From an uncultured Prevotella sp. (lineage in GTDB: Bacteria; Bacteroidota; Bacteroidia; Bacteroidales; Bacteroidaceae): a stretch of 64,000 nucleotides of DNA. Below, one piece after another: positions 37,271 through 46,044 of the stretch. Made by a program: the position numbers and the translations under genes. Positions within the stretch are counted from its first letter, which is position 1, and each line of letters begins with the position of its first letter. The notes under the pieces were generated by a model. It was not told where the DNA came from and did no database searches. It saw only the letters and a program-made list of their open reading frames with translations. The DNA lies in the NCBI GenBank assembly GCA_944319795.1, contig CALUFA010000004.1:17193-81192 (forward strand). Direction: 5' to 3'.

Positions 37271-38140
37271 ATGAACAAGAAAGCATTAACCATCATCACG
37301 GCCCTGCTCGCACTTACGCCGGCCTGTGGGCAGACCGGCGGCGGCAACCGGCAGGCATGTACGCCGGAATGCAGCGCGCAGGCGTGCGCCGCCGCGCATC
37401 CGTGGCAGGGCAAGCGCGTGGGTTTCCTCGGCGACTCGATGACCGACCCGAGGAACAACAGCAAGGACGTGCCTAAGAAGTACTGGAGCTACATGCAAGA
37501 GTGGCTCGGCATTACGCCCTACGTCTACGGCGTGAGCGGACGCCAGTGGAACGACATACCGCGGCAGGCGGAGCGGCTGAAGGCCGAGCACGGCGACAGC
37601 GTAGACGCGATAACGGTATTCATAGGCACCAACGACTTCAACGCCGGAGTGCCTCTCGGCCGCTGGTACGACGAGGCAGAGGGCACGGTAGAGGCCGCCG
37701 TACACGGCGAAAAGAAGGCGTACAGGCGCATGCGCCGCACTCCGGCTATGGACGAGGGCACATTCCGTGGGCGCATGAACATCGGCATAAAACGGCTGAA
37801 AGAGCTGTTCCCCGACAAGCAGATAGTGCTGTTCACGCCGATCCACCGCGCCCGCGCCGAATTCGGGGCTACCAACCTGCAGCCCGACGAGAGCTGGCAA
37901 AACCTCTGCGGAGAGTATTTCGACGCCTACGTCGAGGCCGTGAAAGAGGCTGCCAACGTGTGGGGAATACCCGTGATAGACCTCAACGCCTTGAGCGGAA
38001 TGAACCCAATGGTGGAGGCACAGCAGCCTTACTTCCGCAATCCGTCCACCGACCTGCTCCACCCGAGCGACAAGGGGCAGCGCCGCTTAGCGCGCACGAT
38101 GATCCAACAGCTGTCCGTGCTACCGGTAGGTCTGCGTTAG
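37271..38140 (+). CDS. SGNH/GDSL hydrolase family lipoprotein
   Basis: 289 aa with a lipobox (LTPACG), GFLGDSMTD block I, and a late DLLHPS block. Confidence 0.8.
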   Translation: MNKKALTIITALLALTPACGQTGGGNRQACTPECSAQACAAAHPWQGKRVGFLGDSMTDPRNNSKDVPKKYWSYMQEWLGITPYVYGVSGRQWNDIPRQAERLKAEHGDSVDAITVFIGTNDFNAGVPLGRWYDEAEGTVEAAVHGEKKAYRRMRRTPAMDEGTFRGRMNIGIKRLKELFPDKQIVLFTPIHRARAEFGATNLQPDESWQNLCGEYFDAYVEAVKEAANVWGIPVIDLNALSGMNPMVEAQQPYFRNPSTDLLHPSDKGQRRLARTMIQQLSVLPVGLR

Positions 38141-38174
38141 TAAAACCACGCCCGTAGACGTTCGGGATAGCGTC

Positions 38175-38300
38175 TGCAAACCGATTGCGTAACGCATTGA
38201 TACCCAACGCTTTGCAAAAGGCGGTCTTTTAGCTCGCAAAAGACCGCCTTTTAGCGTGCAATAGACGGCCTTTCGCAATGTAAAAAGCCGCCTTTTCAAA
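38175..38300. repeat. Family A nested-palindrome array
   Basis: aacgcattgata.., then gcaaaaggcggtcttttagc-tc-gcaaaagaccgccttttagc, then two further half-units. Confidence 0.7.
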
Positions 38301-38380
38301 AAAAAGCGCACAGTGTTGCAACTTTTCCGCCACACGATGCGTCTAACATACGTAAAACGACAAAATAAAAACACATCAAT

Positions 38381-39037
38381 ATGAAGAATCTGATCGTAAC
38401 ATTAATCGCTTTCGTTGCGCTTGGCCTGCCCTCAGCCGCAGCGCCTAACGCACATGCGCAAGACACGCTTGAGGCCCAAGGCGCAAGCGCAGCCGACACG
38501 ATAGGCATCGTTGCTTACTCTGACACCACCGCCGCCGACACGGCCGTTGCCCCGGCCGGCGACGGCCGGGGCAATCAGCACGGAATGTGGTTCGGCGACG
38601 TTGACGACCCGCTCAACCTCGTAGCATACCTCTCTACGATAGGCGCCGGCGGCGTTATAGTGGCCGTTTTCGTCGTAATACTCGGCCTGCTGTTCCTGCT
38701 CTCGCCGTTTATCGTCATAGCGCTTATCCTATATTTCCTGTTCAAGCGCAATAAAGACCGCTACCGCATGGCAGAGAAAGCAATGGAGACGGGGCAGCCC
38801 ATGCCCGAAGGCATGCGTGCCACTGAGTTTGAAAGCAGCGAGGCGCTGTGGCGCAAGGGCGTTAAAAACTTCTTCATCGGCCTCGGACTGATTGCCGTGT
38901 TCCTCTCGCTCGGCATCGAAGAGCTTACCGGCATCGGCATACTCGTAGCCCTTTACGGAGCCGGCCAGGGCGTAATCGCACGCACTACGCAAAAGAAAGA
39001 CGATAAGGACGACGGCGATTTTAAGGAGGAATTATAG
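38381..39037 (+). CDS. hypothetical membrane protein upstream of the ECF sigma factor
   Basis: 218 aa with a signal peptide, a low-complexity Ala/Thr/Asp region, several transmembrane segments and an acidic tail. Confidence 0.5.
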   Translation: MKNLIVTLIAFVALGLPSAAAPNAHAQDTLEAQGASAADTIGIVAYSDTTAADTAVAPAGDGRGNQHGMWFGDVDDPLNLVAYLSTIGAGGVIVAVFVVILGLLFLLSPFIVIALILYFLFKRNKDRYRMAEKAMETGQPMPEGMRATEFESSEALWRKGVKNFFIGLGLIAVFLSLGIEELTGIGILVALYGAGQGVIARTTQKKDDKDDGDFKEEL

Positions 39038-39086
39038 GCAGGCGGTGCGGATTTGCCCGACGGTTGGAAAGTAAGACTACGTAGAC

Positions 39087-39620
39087 ATGAAAGCTTTAAC
39101 CGACATATCGCTTATTGCCCGGGTGGTGGCGTTCGACGACAAGCGTGCGTTCGACGCCCTCGTCCGTAAGCATCAGTCGGCCGTCAGGCGGTTCCTGCTG
39201 GGGCTGACGCTCGGCGACCACGCCCTAAGCGACGACCTTGCGCAGGAAACTTTCATAAAGGCTTATACGCATATAGGCGCTTTCCGTGCCGCGTCGGGCT
39301 TCCAGACGTGGCTCTTCCGCATAGCTTACCGTACATTCTTGGATTATACGAAATCGCACAAGGCTGCCGGCGGCATCACCGGCGACATGCTGAACCGTGA
39401 AGGCAAGGGCACGGACGTGGCCTTGCGGCTCGACGTTTACGAATGCCTTAAGCTGCTTAAGCCCGACGAACGCCTGTGCGTAACGCTGCAACTCGTCGAA
39501 GGGCAAAGCATAGAAAGCATCGCCGGCATAACAGGCATGCCGCCCGGCACGGTGAAGTCGCACCTCGCACGGGGTAAGTCTAAACTTGCAAAATATTTAA
39601 AGGAAAACGGATATGACTGA
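39087..39620 (+). CDS. RNA polymerase ECF sigma factor
   Basis: 177 aa with region 2 (DLAQETFIKAY) and region 4 (IAGITGMPPGTVKSHLARGK). Confidence 0.9.
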   Translation: MKALTDISLIARVVAFDDKRAFDALVRKHQSAVRRFLLGLTLGDHALSDDLAQETFIKAYTHIGAFRAASGFQTWLFRIAYRTFLDYTKSHKAAGGITGDMLNREGKGTDVALRLDVYECLKLLKPDERLCVTLQLVEGQSIESIAGITGMPPGTVKSHLARGKSKLAKYLKENGYD

Positions 39621-39942
39621 CGATAGGGACGAACTTCTGCTTAGGAAGTACTTTAACGAGAACAAGACCGACGTGCCCGACGACGGCTTCTCGCGCCGCG
39701 TAATGCGCCGTCTGCCCGACCGCGCGCGCCGCCTTAACCGCATCTGGACGGCCGTGTGCTTGCTGCTCGGCACACTGCTTTGCGTCGCGTCCGACTGGTT
39801 GGGCGCGCTGTCGGCCACCGTCAAAGAGCTTGCCATGTTAATATCGGCCAACCCTGTGCTCGCCGAGCATCCTTACCTGCTCTGGCAGTTGCTGGTTATG
39901 ATAATCTTTGTCGGCGGCTATAAGGTGCTGGCAAAGGAGTGA
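39613..39942 (+). CDS. putative anti-sigma / membrane protein
   Basis: 109 aa. Overlaps the sigma gene by 8 bp and has two transmembrane segments. The call rests on position only. Confidence 0.4.
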   Translation: MTDDRDELLLRKYFNENKTDVPDDGFSRRVMRRLPDRARRLNRIWTAVCLLLGTLLCVASDWLGALSATVKELAMLISANPVLAEHPYLLWQLLVMIIFVGGYKVLAKE

Positions 39943-39954
39943 TATGCATTCAAC

Positions 39955-42027
39955 TTATTCAAAATCAAAGAATAAGTCGTCGTCACCGTTGCCGCCGTCG
40001 GCAGGCTCTTGCGGTTTGGGAGGATTCTTAAGGTTGCCGTGCTCGTCGAACATGCCGTAGGTGATGCGCAGCACTGTGAACTCAGTGCGCCTGTTCAGCT
40101 GGTTGCATATCTCTTGTTTCTCATCGTCGAGCTTCTTTATGAACTCCTCTGTGAGCACGTCGTTCTCTTTCAGCCACGGGTATTTCTCGGTCAGCTTCTT
40201 GCGCACGGTCTTGGGTTTTTCCTTGCCGTAGCCCACGGGCGAAAGTCGGTCTTTGGCTATTCCGTGGTCTATCAGGTAGTTGACAACGGTCTCCGCCCTC
40301 CTTTGCGACAGCGTCTTGTTGTATTCGGCGCTGCCCTTGTAGTCGCAGTGGGCGCTCAGTTCAATGGTTACGTTGGGGTTTTCGTTGAGCAGTTTCACAA
40401 GCTCGTCGAGTGCCTTTTCCGACTCGGGGCGCAACGTGTACTTGTCGAAATCGTAGAAAATATTGTCAATCAGCACAGGCACACGTATCGAAGCCAACGG
40501 AAACTGAAGCACGTATTCTTCGGATTCCTGCACTGGCTGCACCCTCAGTTCTTCCTTATGGTTGAGGAATCCCTTGCAAGTGGCAAGGAAGATGTAGTCT
40601 ACGTTAGGGTTGATTTCCTGCGTAAACGAGCCGTCGCCCTTTACGCTCAGCTTAAGGTTGGTGCCGTCGCTGCCCACCATGTAGACCTCGGCGTCGGGCA
40701 GTTCGTAGCCGTCCATCTCGTAAACCCAGCCCTTAACGGTCTGTATTATCTCAGGTTTCTCGAAGCTGTATATGTGGTCCCAGCCGCGCGCGTCGCCTCG
40801 GTTGGAAGAGAAGAAGCCTCGGTTGTGCAGCCCCTCGAAGGTCATTCCGAAGTCGTCGCCTTGCGAGTTGAGCGGATACCCCGGATGTTCGAGCACGAAT
40901 CTTTTCGTCCGTTTGTCAACTTTCGCTATGTAAATGTCGAGTCCGCCGAGGCCTTTGTGCCCGTTGGACGAGAAATACAGGTCGCCGTTCGGCCTGAACG
41001 TGGGGAACATCTCGTCGCCAGGCGTGTTGATAGGTTCGCCCAAGTTCTCAACGCCTCCGAGCCCGGCGGCGGTCAGGCGGATGCGCCAGATGTCGAGACC
41101 GCCCTTTCCTCCGGGCATGTCAGACGTGAAGTAGAGCCAAAGACCGTCGGGAGATATTGCCGGATGGGCGTAGCTCGACAGCGTGTCGCGCGTTATTTCG
41201 AGCGTCTGGGGCTTGCCCCACGAGGCGTCGGCCCTTGCCGACGTGGCGATGGTTGCAAACCTCGGATAGTTCGGGTCGGTGACGCATTGCGTCAGGTACA
41301 TCTCGCTTTGGTCGGGCGTAAAGCAGCATGCGCCCTCGTCAAACTCCGTGTTCAGCCCCGATTCTATCGTCTCCGGGCGTTGCCATTTGCCGTTTTCGTC
41401 CTTCTGCGAGAAGAAAATGTCGCCGGGTTTCGTACCCGTTATGCCGCTGAGTTCGTCGCCCTGGGCCTCGTTGCGGGTTGAAGTGAAGTAGAGTTGGTCG
41501 TACTCGTCGCCGAAGAGCATCGGCGAATAGTCGGCCCGCCGTGAGTTGAATATGTCCATTTTCTTCACGATATAACGTGAGCCTGCTTCCTTTTCGGCCT
41601 GCGCCGTCTGTGCGGCCAGCAGTCCGGTCTTGGCTAATTCGTTGTCGGGAAGCGAGTCTAAGACTAATTGGAACTCTTTTGCGGCCTCCTTGTAGCTTGC
41701 CGATTTCATCAGAAGCCGCGCCAAGGCGAGGTGTGTGTCGATGCTGTCTTTCTTGTAACGGATAACGTTGCGGTAGGCGGCAACGGCTTTGGCATTTGAG
41801 TTTATGCGGTCGTAGCAGTAGGCAAGTTTGCGCGCACGCTCGCCTCGCTTGGCCCTTTCCTTCGTCGGGGTCTTGTTATAGGCCACCTTAAATTCCTCCG
41901 CTGCGTCGTAATATTCGCCTATGGCGAGGAACTTCTCGCCCTTTTTCATGTAGTGGTCGGCGCCGCACGAGACTGTGAGCAGCGCCGTGACACACATTAT
42001 TATATATGTAGAGAATCTTGCGTTCAT
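39955..42027 (-). CDS. OmpA family protein with TPR and TolB-like beta-propeller repeats
   Basis: The likely start is MNARFSTYIIM.. with lipobox VSCG (ATG at 42025-42027). The C-terminal OmpA domain reads NTIELSAHCDYKGSAEYNKTLSQRRAE. The ORF-track N-terminal extension translates family C repeats. Confidence 0.8.
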   Translation of the reverse strand: MNARFSTYIIMCVTALLTVSCGADHYMKKGEKFLAIGEYYDAAEEFKVAYNKTPTKERAKRGERARKLAYCYDRINSNAKAVAAYRNVIRYKKDSIDTHLALARLLMKSASYKEAAKEFQLVLDSLPDNELAKTGLLAAQTAQAEKEAGSRYIVKKMDIFNSRRADYSPMLFGDEYDQLYFTSTRNEAQGDELSGITGTKPGDIFFSQKDENGKWQRPETIESGLNTEFDEGACCFTPDQSEMYLTQCVTDPNYPRFATIATSARADASWGKPQTLEITRDTLSSYAHPAISPDGLWLYFTSDMPGGKGGLDIWRIRLTAAGLGGVENLGEPINTPGDEMFPTFRPNGDLYFSSNGHKGLGGLDIYIAKVDKRTKRFVLEHPGYPLNSQGDDFGMTFEGLHNRGFFSSNRGDARGWDHIYSFEKPEIIQTVKGWVYEMDGYELPDAEVYMVGSDGTNLKLSVKGDGSFTQEINPNVDYIFLATCKGFLNHKEELRVQPVQESEEYVLQFPLASIRVPVLIDNIFYDFDKYTLRPESEKALDELVKLLNENPNVTIELSAHCDYKGSAEYNKTLSQRRAETVVNYLIDHGIAKDRLSPVGYGKEKPKTVRKKLTEKYPWLKENDVLTEEFIKKLDDEKQEICNQLNRRTEFTVLRITYGMFDEHGNLKNPPKPQEPADGGNGDDDLFFDFE

Positions 42028-42035
42028 GTCGTTTC

Positions 42036-42186
42036 CGGGTTGTGAGGTTATACGGTCATGGGGTTGTGAGGTTATACGGTCGTGCGGTTTTACGGTCATA
42101 CGGTCGCGAAAGTTGCGGTTCTAACACTGCAACCGCAGTGCCACATGACCGTAAAACCGCACGACCGCACGACCCTAAAGCCCCAT
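42036..42186. repeat. Family C word hairpin
   Basis: ggttgtgaggttatacggtcatggggttgtgaggttatacggtcgtgcggttttacggtcatacggtc pairs with gaccgtaaaaccgcacgaccgcacgacc. Confidence 0.7.
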
Positions 42187-42293
42187 AATAGCATCTACAT
42201 TCATGTATAATAACTTATTTTTACCCGTTTTATTGCTTTCATTACAGTCAGAAAAACAAATCGGAAGTCTGCCGGACACGATACGGCAAGGCT

Positions 42294-44336
42294 CTACTTG
42301 AACGGCAGGCGGAATGTGCATCCCTCGCGCCAACGGTCGCATCCGTAGGCGGTTTTGCCCTTTATTATGTGCCCTTTGCCGCATACTGGGCATGCTTGGC
42401 CTATTATCGAGTCGTCGGCCGGCAACGTTTCAGACTGCTGCCTGCCGACGGCAGGCGCGGCGGTGGCCACGGTCGTGGGCTTAGGTTGGGGCTTCGCGGC
42501 CTTCTTCTGCGGCTTCTTTTTCAGGTCTTCGTCGGTCATTACGGTTACACGGCGGTTGCTGTTGTCGGCGAGCACGTCGTTTACTATCTGCGTGATTTGT
42601 TGCTTCAGCTCGTCGATAAACTGCCCGGCGTCGTATTTCCTGTGCTCTATGTCGCGCAGTTTCTTTTCCCAAATGCCCGTAAGTTCGCAACTCTTAAGCA
42701 GTTCTTCCTTTATCGTGTCTATCAGTTCGATGCCCGTCGGCGTGGCGACGATGTTCTTACGCTCGCGCTTGATGTAGCGGCGCTTGAACAGAGTCTCGAT
42801 TATGTTGGCGCGCGACGACGGCCGCCCGATGCCGTTTTCCTTCAATGCGGCGCGCAGTTCCTCGTCGTCGACGAACTTTCCGGCCGTTTCCATAGCCCTG
42901 AGCAGCGTCGCTTCGGTGTAGTATTTGGGCGGAGTGGTCCACTTCTCGGTCAGCGTCGGCGCATGCGGGCCGCTCTCCCCTTTGGTGAAAGCAGGCAGGG
43001 TGCGTTCCTCGTCCTGAGGTTTTGCGCCGTCGTTGTCGGCCGTTTGCGCGTCTTTGGCGTACAAGACGCGCCAGCCCGGGTCGAGAATCTGCTTGCCGCT
43101 GACCTTGAAGTCAACGTCGTCAACCTTTCCGGTGACCGTGGTAGTCGAGAACTTACAGTCGGGATAGAACACGCTGATGAAACGCCGGGCCACCAAATCG
43201 TAAACATGGCGCTCAAGATCGGTGAGGCTCGAGGCCGGAACGCCGGTCGGGATGATGGCGTGGTGGTCGGTTACTTTCGACGAGTCGAACACCTTCTTGC
43301 TTTTCGCCAAAGGCTTTCCGGCAAGCGGTTGGGTGAACGTTTCGTATCCGCGCAGCCCCTTCAGCGTAGCTGCGCACTTGGGATAGATGTCGTCGCTGAG
43401 GTACTGGGTGTCCACACGGGGATACGTGGTGAGCTTTTTCTCGTAGAGCGATTGTATAACGTTGAGCGTCGTCTCGGCGCTCATGGAAAACTTCTTGTTG
43501 CAGTCCACCTGCAGCGAGGTGAGGTCGTAAAGGTGGGGCGGAGCCTCCTTGCCGGCCTTCTTCTGCACGTCGGTTACGGTGAACGGCTTGTCTGCAATCT
43601 TGGCGAACGAGGCTTCGCCCTCTTCCTTGCTCGTAAACTTGCCGGCGGTGGCCGTAAACAGCGTATCGCGGTAAACCGTGGAGAGCACCCAGTAAGGCTC
43701 GGGCTTGAAGTTGTCTATCTCCTTCTGGCGGTTCACTATCAGCGCGAGCGTAGGCGTCTGCACGCGCCCGATGGACAGCACCTGGCGGTTCTGCCCGTAT
43801 TTCAGCGTGTAGAGGCGCGTGGCGTTCATGCCGAGCAGCCAGTCGCCTATGGCCCGGCTCAACCCGGCGAGGTACAGGGGCTGGTATTCCTGCTGGTCTT
43901 TCAGCGTGCTGAATCCCTCGCGTATGGCCTCGTCGGTCATCGACGAAATCCACAGGCGCTTCACCGGGCACTTTGCCTGGGCCTTCTGCATCACCCACCG
44001 CTGTATCAGTTCGCCCTCCTGTCCGGCGTCGCCGCAGTTTATTATGCCGTCGGCGGCCTGCATAAGGCGCTCAATCACGGCAAACTGCTTGAATATTCCT
44101 TTGTCGTCAATCAGTTTTATGCCGAACCGTTGGGGTATCATCGGCAGCGCGCCGAGGCTCCAGCGCTTCCACATCGGCGTATAGTCGTCGGGCTCTTTCA
44201 GCGTACACAGGTGGCCGAAAGTCCACGTCACCTGGTACCCGTTACCCTCGATGTATCCGTCGTGCGATACGGTAGCGCCCAATATCCGCGCAATGTCGCG
44301 CGCCACGCTCGGTTTCTCGGCAATGCAGACAATCAT
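42294..44336 (-). CDS. topB: DNA topoisomerase III
   Basis: 680 aa with a Toprim N-terminus (MIVCIAEKPSVARDIA) and a C-terminal zinc-ribbon (CPVCGKG..CDRWREGC). Confidence 0.9.
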   Translation of the reverse strand: MIVCIAEKPSVARDIARILGATVSHDGYIEGNGYQVTWTFGHLCTLKEPDDYTPMWKRWSLGALPMIPQRFGIKLIDDKGIFKQFAVIERLMQAADGIINCGDAGQEGELIQRWVMQKAQAKCPVKRLWISSMTDEAIREGFSTLKDQQEYQPLYLAGLSRAIGDWLLGMNATRLYTLKYGQNRQVLSIGRVQTPTLALIVNRQKEIDNFKPEPYWVLSTVYRDTLFTATAGKFTSKEEGEASFAKIADKPFTVTDVQKKAGKEAPPHLYDLTSLQVDCNKKFSMSAETTLNVIQSLYEKKLTTYPRVDTQYLSDDIYPKCAATLKGLRGYETFTQPLAGKPLAKSKKVFDSSKVTDHHAIIPTGVPASSLTDLERHVYDLVARRFISVFYPDCKFSTTTVTGKVDDVDFKVSGKQILDPGWRVLYAKDAQTADNDGAKPQDEERTLPAFTKGESGPHAPTLTEKWTTPPKYYTEATLLRAMETAGKFVDDEELRAALKENGIGRPSSRANIIETLFKRRYIKRERKNIVATPTGIELIDTIKEELLKSCELTGIWEKKLRDIEHRKYDAGQFIDELKQQITQIVNDVLADNSNRRVTVMTDEDLKKKPQKKAAKPQPKPTTVATAAPAVGRQQSETLPADDSIIGQACPVCGKGHIIKGKTAYGCDRWREGCTFRLPFK

Positions 44337-44344
44337 TTATATGA

Positions 44345-44456
44345 GTTAAAGTTAAGAATTAAGAGCTTTTATATAATTAAGAGTTAAGAATCAAGAGTTA
44401 AGAAAATTACCGACAAGTCATATTTTCTTAACTCTTGATTCTTAACTCTTAACTTT
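44345..44456. repeat. Family B word hairpin
   Basis: A 29-bp perfect stem pairs aagagttaagaatcaagagttaagaaaat (44379-44407) with attttcttaactcttgattcttaactctt (44422-44450), with a 14-nt loop. Confidence 0.8.
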
Positions 44457-45092
44457 TCAGTATCCCAAGTCTTCGCCGACGAGCACCACGGTGTGGCGGC
44501 CTGCCGGGTGTGAGTTGCGCATGAAGTGGATGTAGTTGCAGATGCTCTCGGGCGAGTTGCAGTTGTGGCATACGCCGTCGATTTGGCACGGGGTCTTTAT
44601 GTCGAAGCGGGCGGCGTTGACGGGACTGGCGGTAGAGCGGGCGCGCGCAAGGGCGCTCGCGACGTCTTGCGCAACCTTGTTGAGGCCGACTACGAAGATT
44701 ACGTTCTTAGGCCCGAAGGTTATCGCGGCCACGCGGTTGCCGTTGCCGTCGATGTTTACTATCACGCCGTCTTCGCTTATCGCGTTGACGCTCGACAGGT
44801 AATAGTCGGCCGAGAACGCCTCGCGGTATATGCGCTGTGCCTCGTCGCGGTCGGCGGCAAGGTCGCGGTCTAATATGTTAAGGTCGCGCTTGTGCAGGGC
44901 CTCTGTCAGCCCCATGTCGCGTATGGTCATCGAGCCGCCCCATGTAACGCTGCTTCCGTCGGGTATCATAGCCGACACTTTCTCTACGGCTTCGGCCGCC
45001 GTGGGGCAATATAATGCGTTGAAGTTGCGCCGTTGCAGGTTTTTTATCATCTTCTGCGCAAGGCGTTCGTTGCGTATTTCCTTTGGTGTCAT
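44457..45092 (-). CDS. LUD-domain (LutC/YkgG-like, DUF162) protein
   Basis: 211 aa with the pattern ..VTWGGSMTIRDMGL.., and a C-terminal Cys-rich CQIDGVCHNCNSPESIC. Confidence 0.75.
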   Translation of the reverse strand: MTPKEIRNERLAQKMIKNLQRRNFNALYCPTAAEAVEKVSAMIPDGSSVTWGGSMTIRDMGLTEALHKRDLNILDRDLAADRDEAQRIYREAFSADYYLSSVNAISEDGVIVNIDGNGNRVAAITFGPKNVIFVVGLNKVAQDVASALARARSTASPVNAARFDIKTPCQIDGVCHNCNSPESICNYIHFMRNSHPAGRHTVVLVGEDLGY

Positions 45093-45293
45093 AATGTTTT
45101 CGGATTAGGATGAGTACTTATGTGAATGCAAAATTAATGATTTTTCGTCATAAAGAACAACGAACAACCATTTTTTGAAAGACTTTAAGACGCTTTTATC
45201 AAAACGTTTGTCATTTTTAATTATCATGCTACAACAGGCCGGCGCATTGCCCTCAGCCTGTCGCCCGTCTGTTCAAGCGTGTCTTCTATATTT

Positions 45294-45410
45294 CCGAAAG
45301 GTGGCTTTTTGCGTTGTAAAAGGTAACCTTTCAGCGCCTAAAAGGCAGCCTTTTGCGACGTAAAAGGCCGCCTTTTGCAAACGCATTGATAAAACACTGA
45401 TTATCAACGG
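45294..45410. repeat. Family A nested-palindrome array
   Basis: Sequence gaaaggtggcttttt..gtaaaaggtaacctttc..ctaaaaggcagccttttgc..gtaaaaggccgccttttgcaaacgcattgata. Confidence 0.7.
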
Positions 45411-45528
45411 TTTACCATACCAACAGCAATAAGTGCAGAGAAATATGCTTAATGACACGTCCGCAATCAGCCTAATGCATCCACCCTCTTTCTAAGAAGG
45501 TGGGACATTGGGCTGATACTGATACCAC

Positions 45529-45613
45529 GACGCAGCGCCTCGGGAATGAAAATAAAACTGCGTTCCACTCCGTTTTATTTTGCATTCCGCCCGGCTTGCT
45601 GTATTTTTTACAT
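45529..45613 (+). repeat. Family E unit (copy a), separated from copy b by the F-element insertion
   Basis: Sequence gcgcctcgggaatgaaaataaaactgcgttccactccgttttattttgcattccgcccggcttgctgtatttttt. Confidence 0.7.
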
Positions 45614-45617
45614 AAAT

Positions 45618-45854
45618 CAACGTAAGTTCGGTATAAGGATTATTTCATAAAAAGTATCGTGTTGTATTGGATTTAAGAAGTCGGTGGCATTCCGTCATTC
45701 CGGGCTTGGACCCGGAATCCAGTGTATGCAACCAAGTTGTTGACGAGAATGTATTTTCTGGATTCCGGGTCCAAGCCCGGAATGACGGAATGCCACCGAC
45801 TTCTTACGCTTTAGAATGATTTCATTTCCTAATTTCTTATACCGAACTCACGTT
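45618..45854. mobile_element. Family F MITE-like element (237 bp) with terminal inverted repeats and a putative 4-bp AAAT target duplication
   Basis: The ends are caacgtaagttcggtataagga and tcttataccgaactcacgtt. There is an inner 48-bp perfect inverted repeat (aagaagtcggtggcattccgtcattccgggcttggacccggaatccag). It is flanked by AAAT at 45614-45617 and 45855-45858. An intact E-E junction elsewhere reads acataaattacgctg. Confidence 0.65.
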
Positions 45855-45862
45855 AAATTACA

Positions 45863-46030
45863 CTGCGCCTCGAAAATGAAAATAAAACTGCGTTTCACTC
45901 CGTTTTATTTTGCATTCCGCCCGGCTTGCTGTAATTTTACATAAATTACGCTGCGCCTCGGGAATGAAAATAAAACTGCGTTTCACTCCGTTTTATTTTG
46001 CATTCCGCTCGGCTTGCTGTAATTTTGCAA
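45863..46030 (+). promoter_or_regulatory. Family E cassette, two tandem units (b, c); unit c provides the xpt promoter
   Basis: Unit c has a hairpin (ggaatgaaaataaaac / gttttattttgcattcc), -33 TTTG (45997-46000), a 19-nt spacer and -7 TAATTTTG (46020-46027). The xpt ATG is at 46045. Unit b has a degenerate -7 box, TAATTTTA. Confidence 0.65.
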
Positions 46031-46044
46031 TTAAAAAGGGATTT

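Noticed and set aside
42369-44387. A 672-aa plus-strand ORF almost exactly antisense to topB. Similar long antisense ORFs occur at 29210-30295, 40009-41481, 48655-49737, 60959-61738, 56240-57094, 37286-38062, 22769-23641 and 8592-9470.
   Set aside because: These are shadow ORFs typical of GC-rich genes with a strong third-position bias. Their translations are Arg/Val/Ala/Gly/His-rich with no recognisable motifs. The opposite-strand genes all have clear family signatures.
44457-45092. The LUD-domain gene as the missing lutC of the lutA-lutB operon at 61935-64000.
   Set aside because: It lies 17 kb away on the opposite strand. It carries its own Cys-rich tail and promoter-like box. The true lutC probably follows lutB beyond the window. 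The two were therefore treated as independent paralogs.
45863-46044. A purine riboswitch upstream of xpt.
   Set aside because: Only about 17 nt lie between the predicted -7 box and the ATG. The upstream sequence is the family E repeat and shows no purine-riboswitch-like three-way junction motifs.
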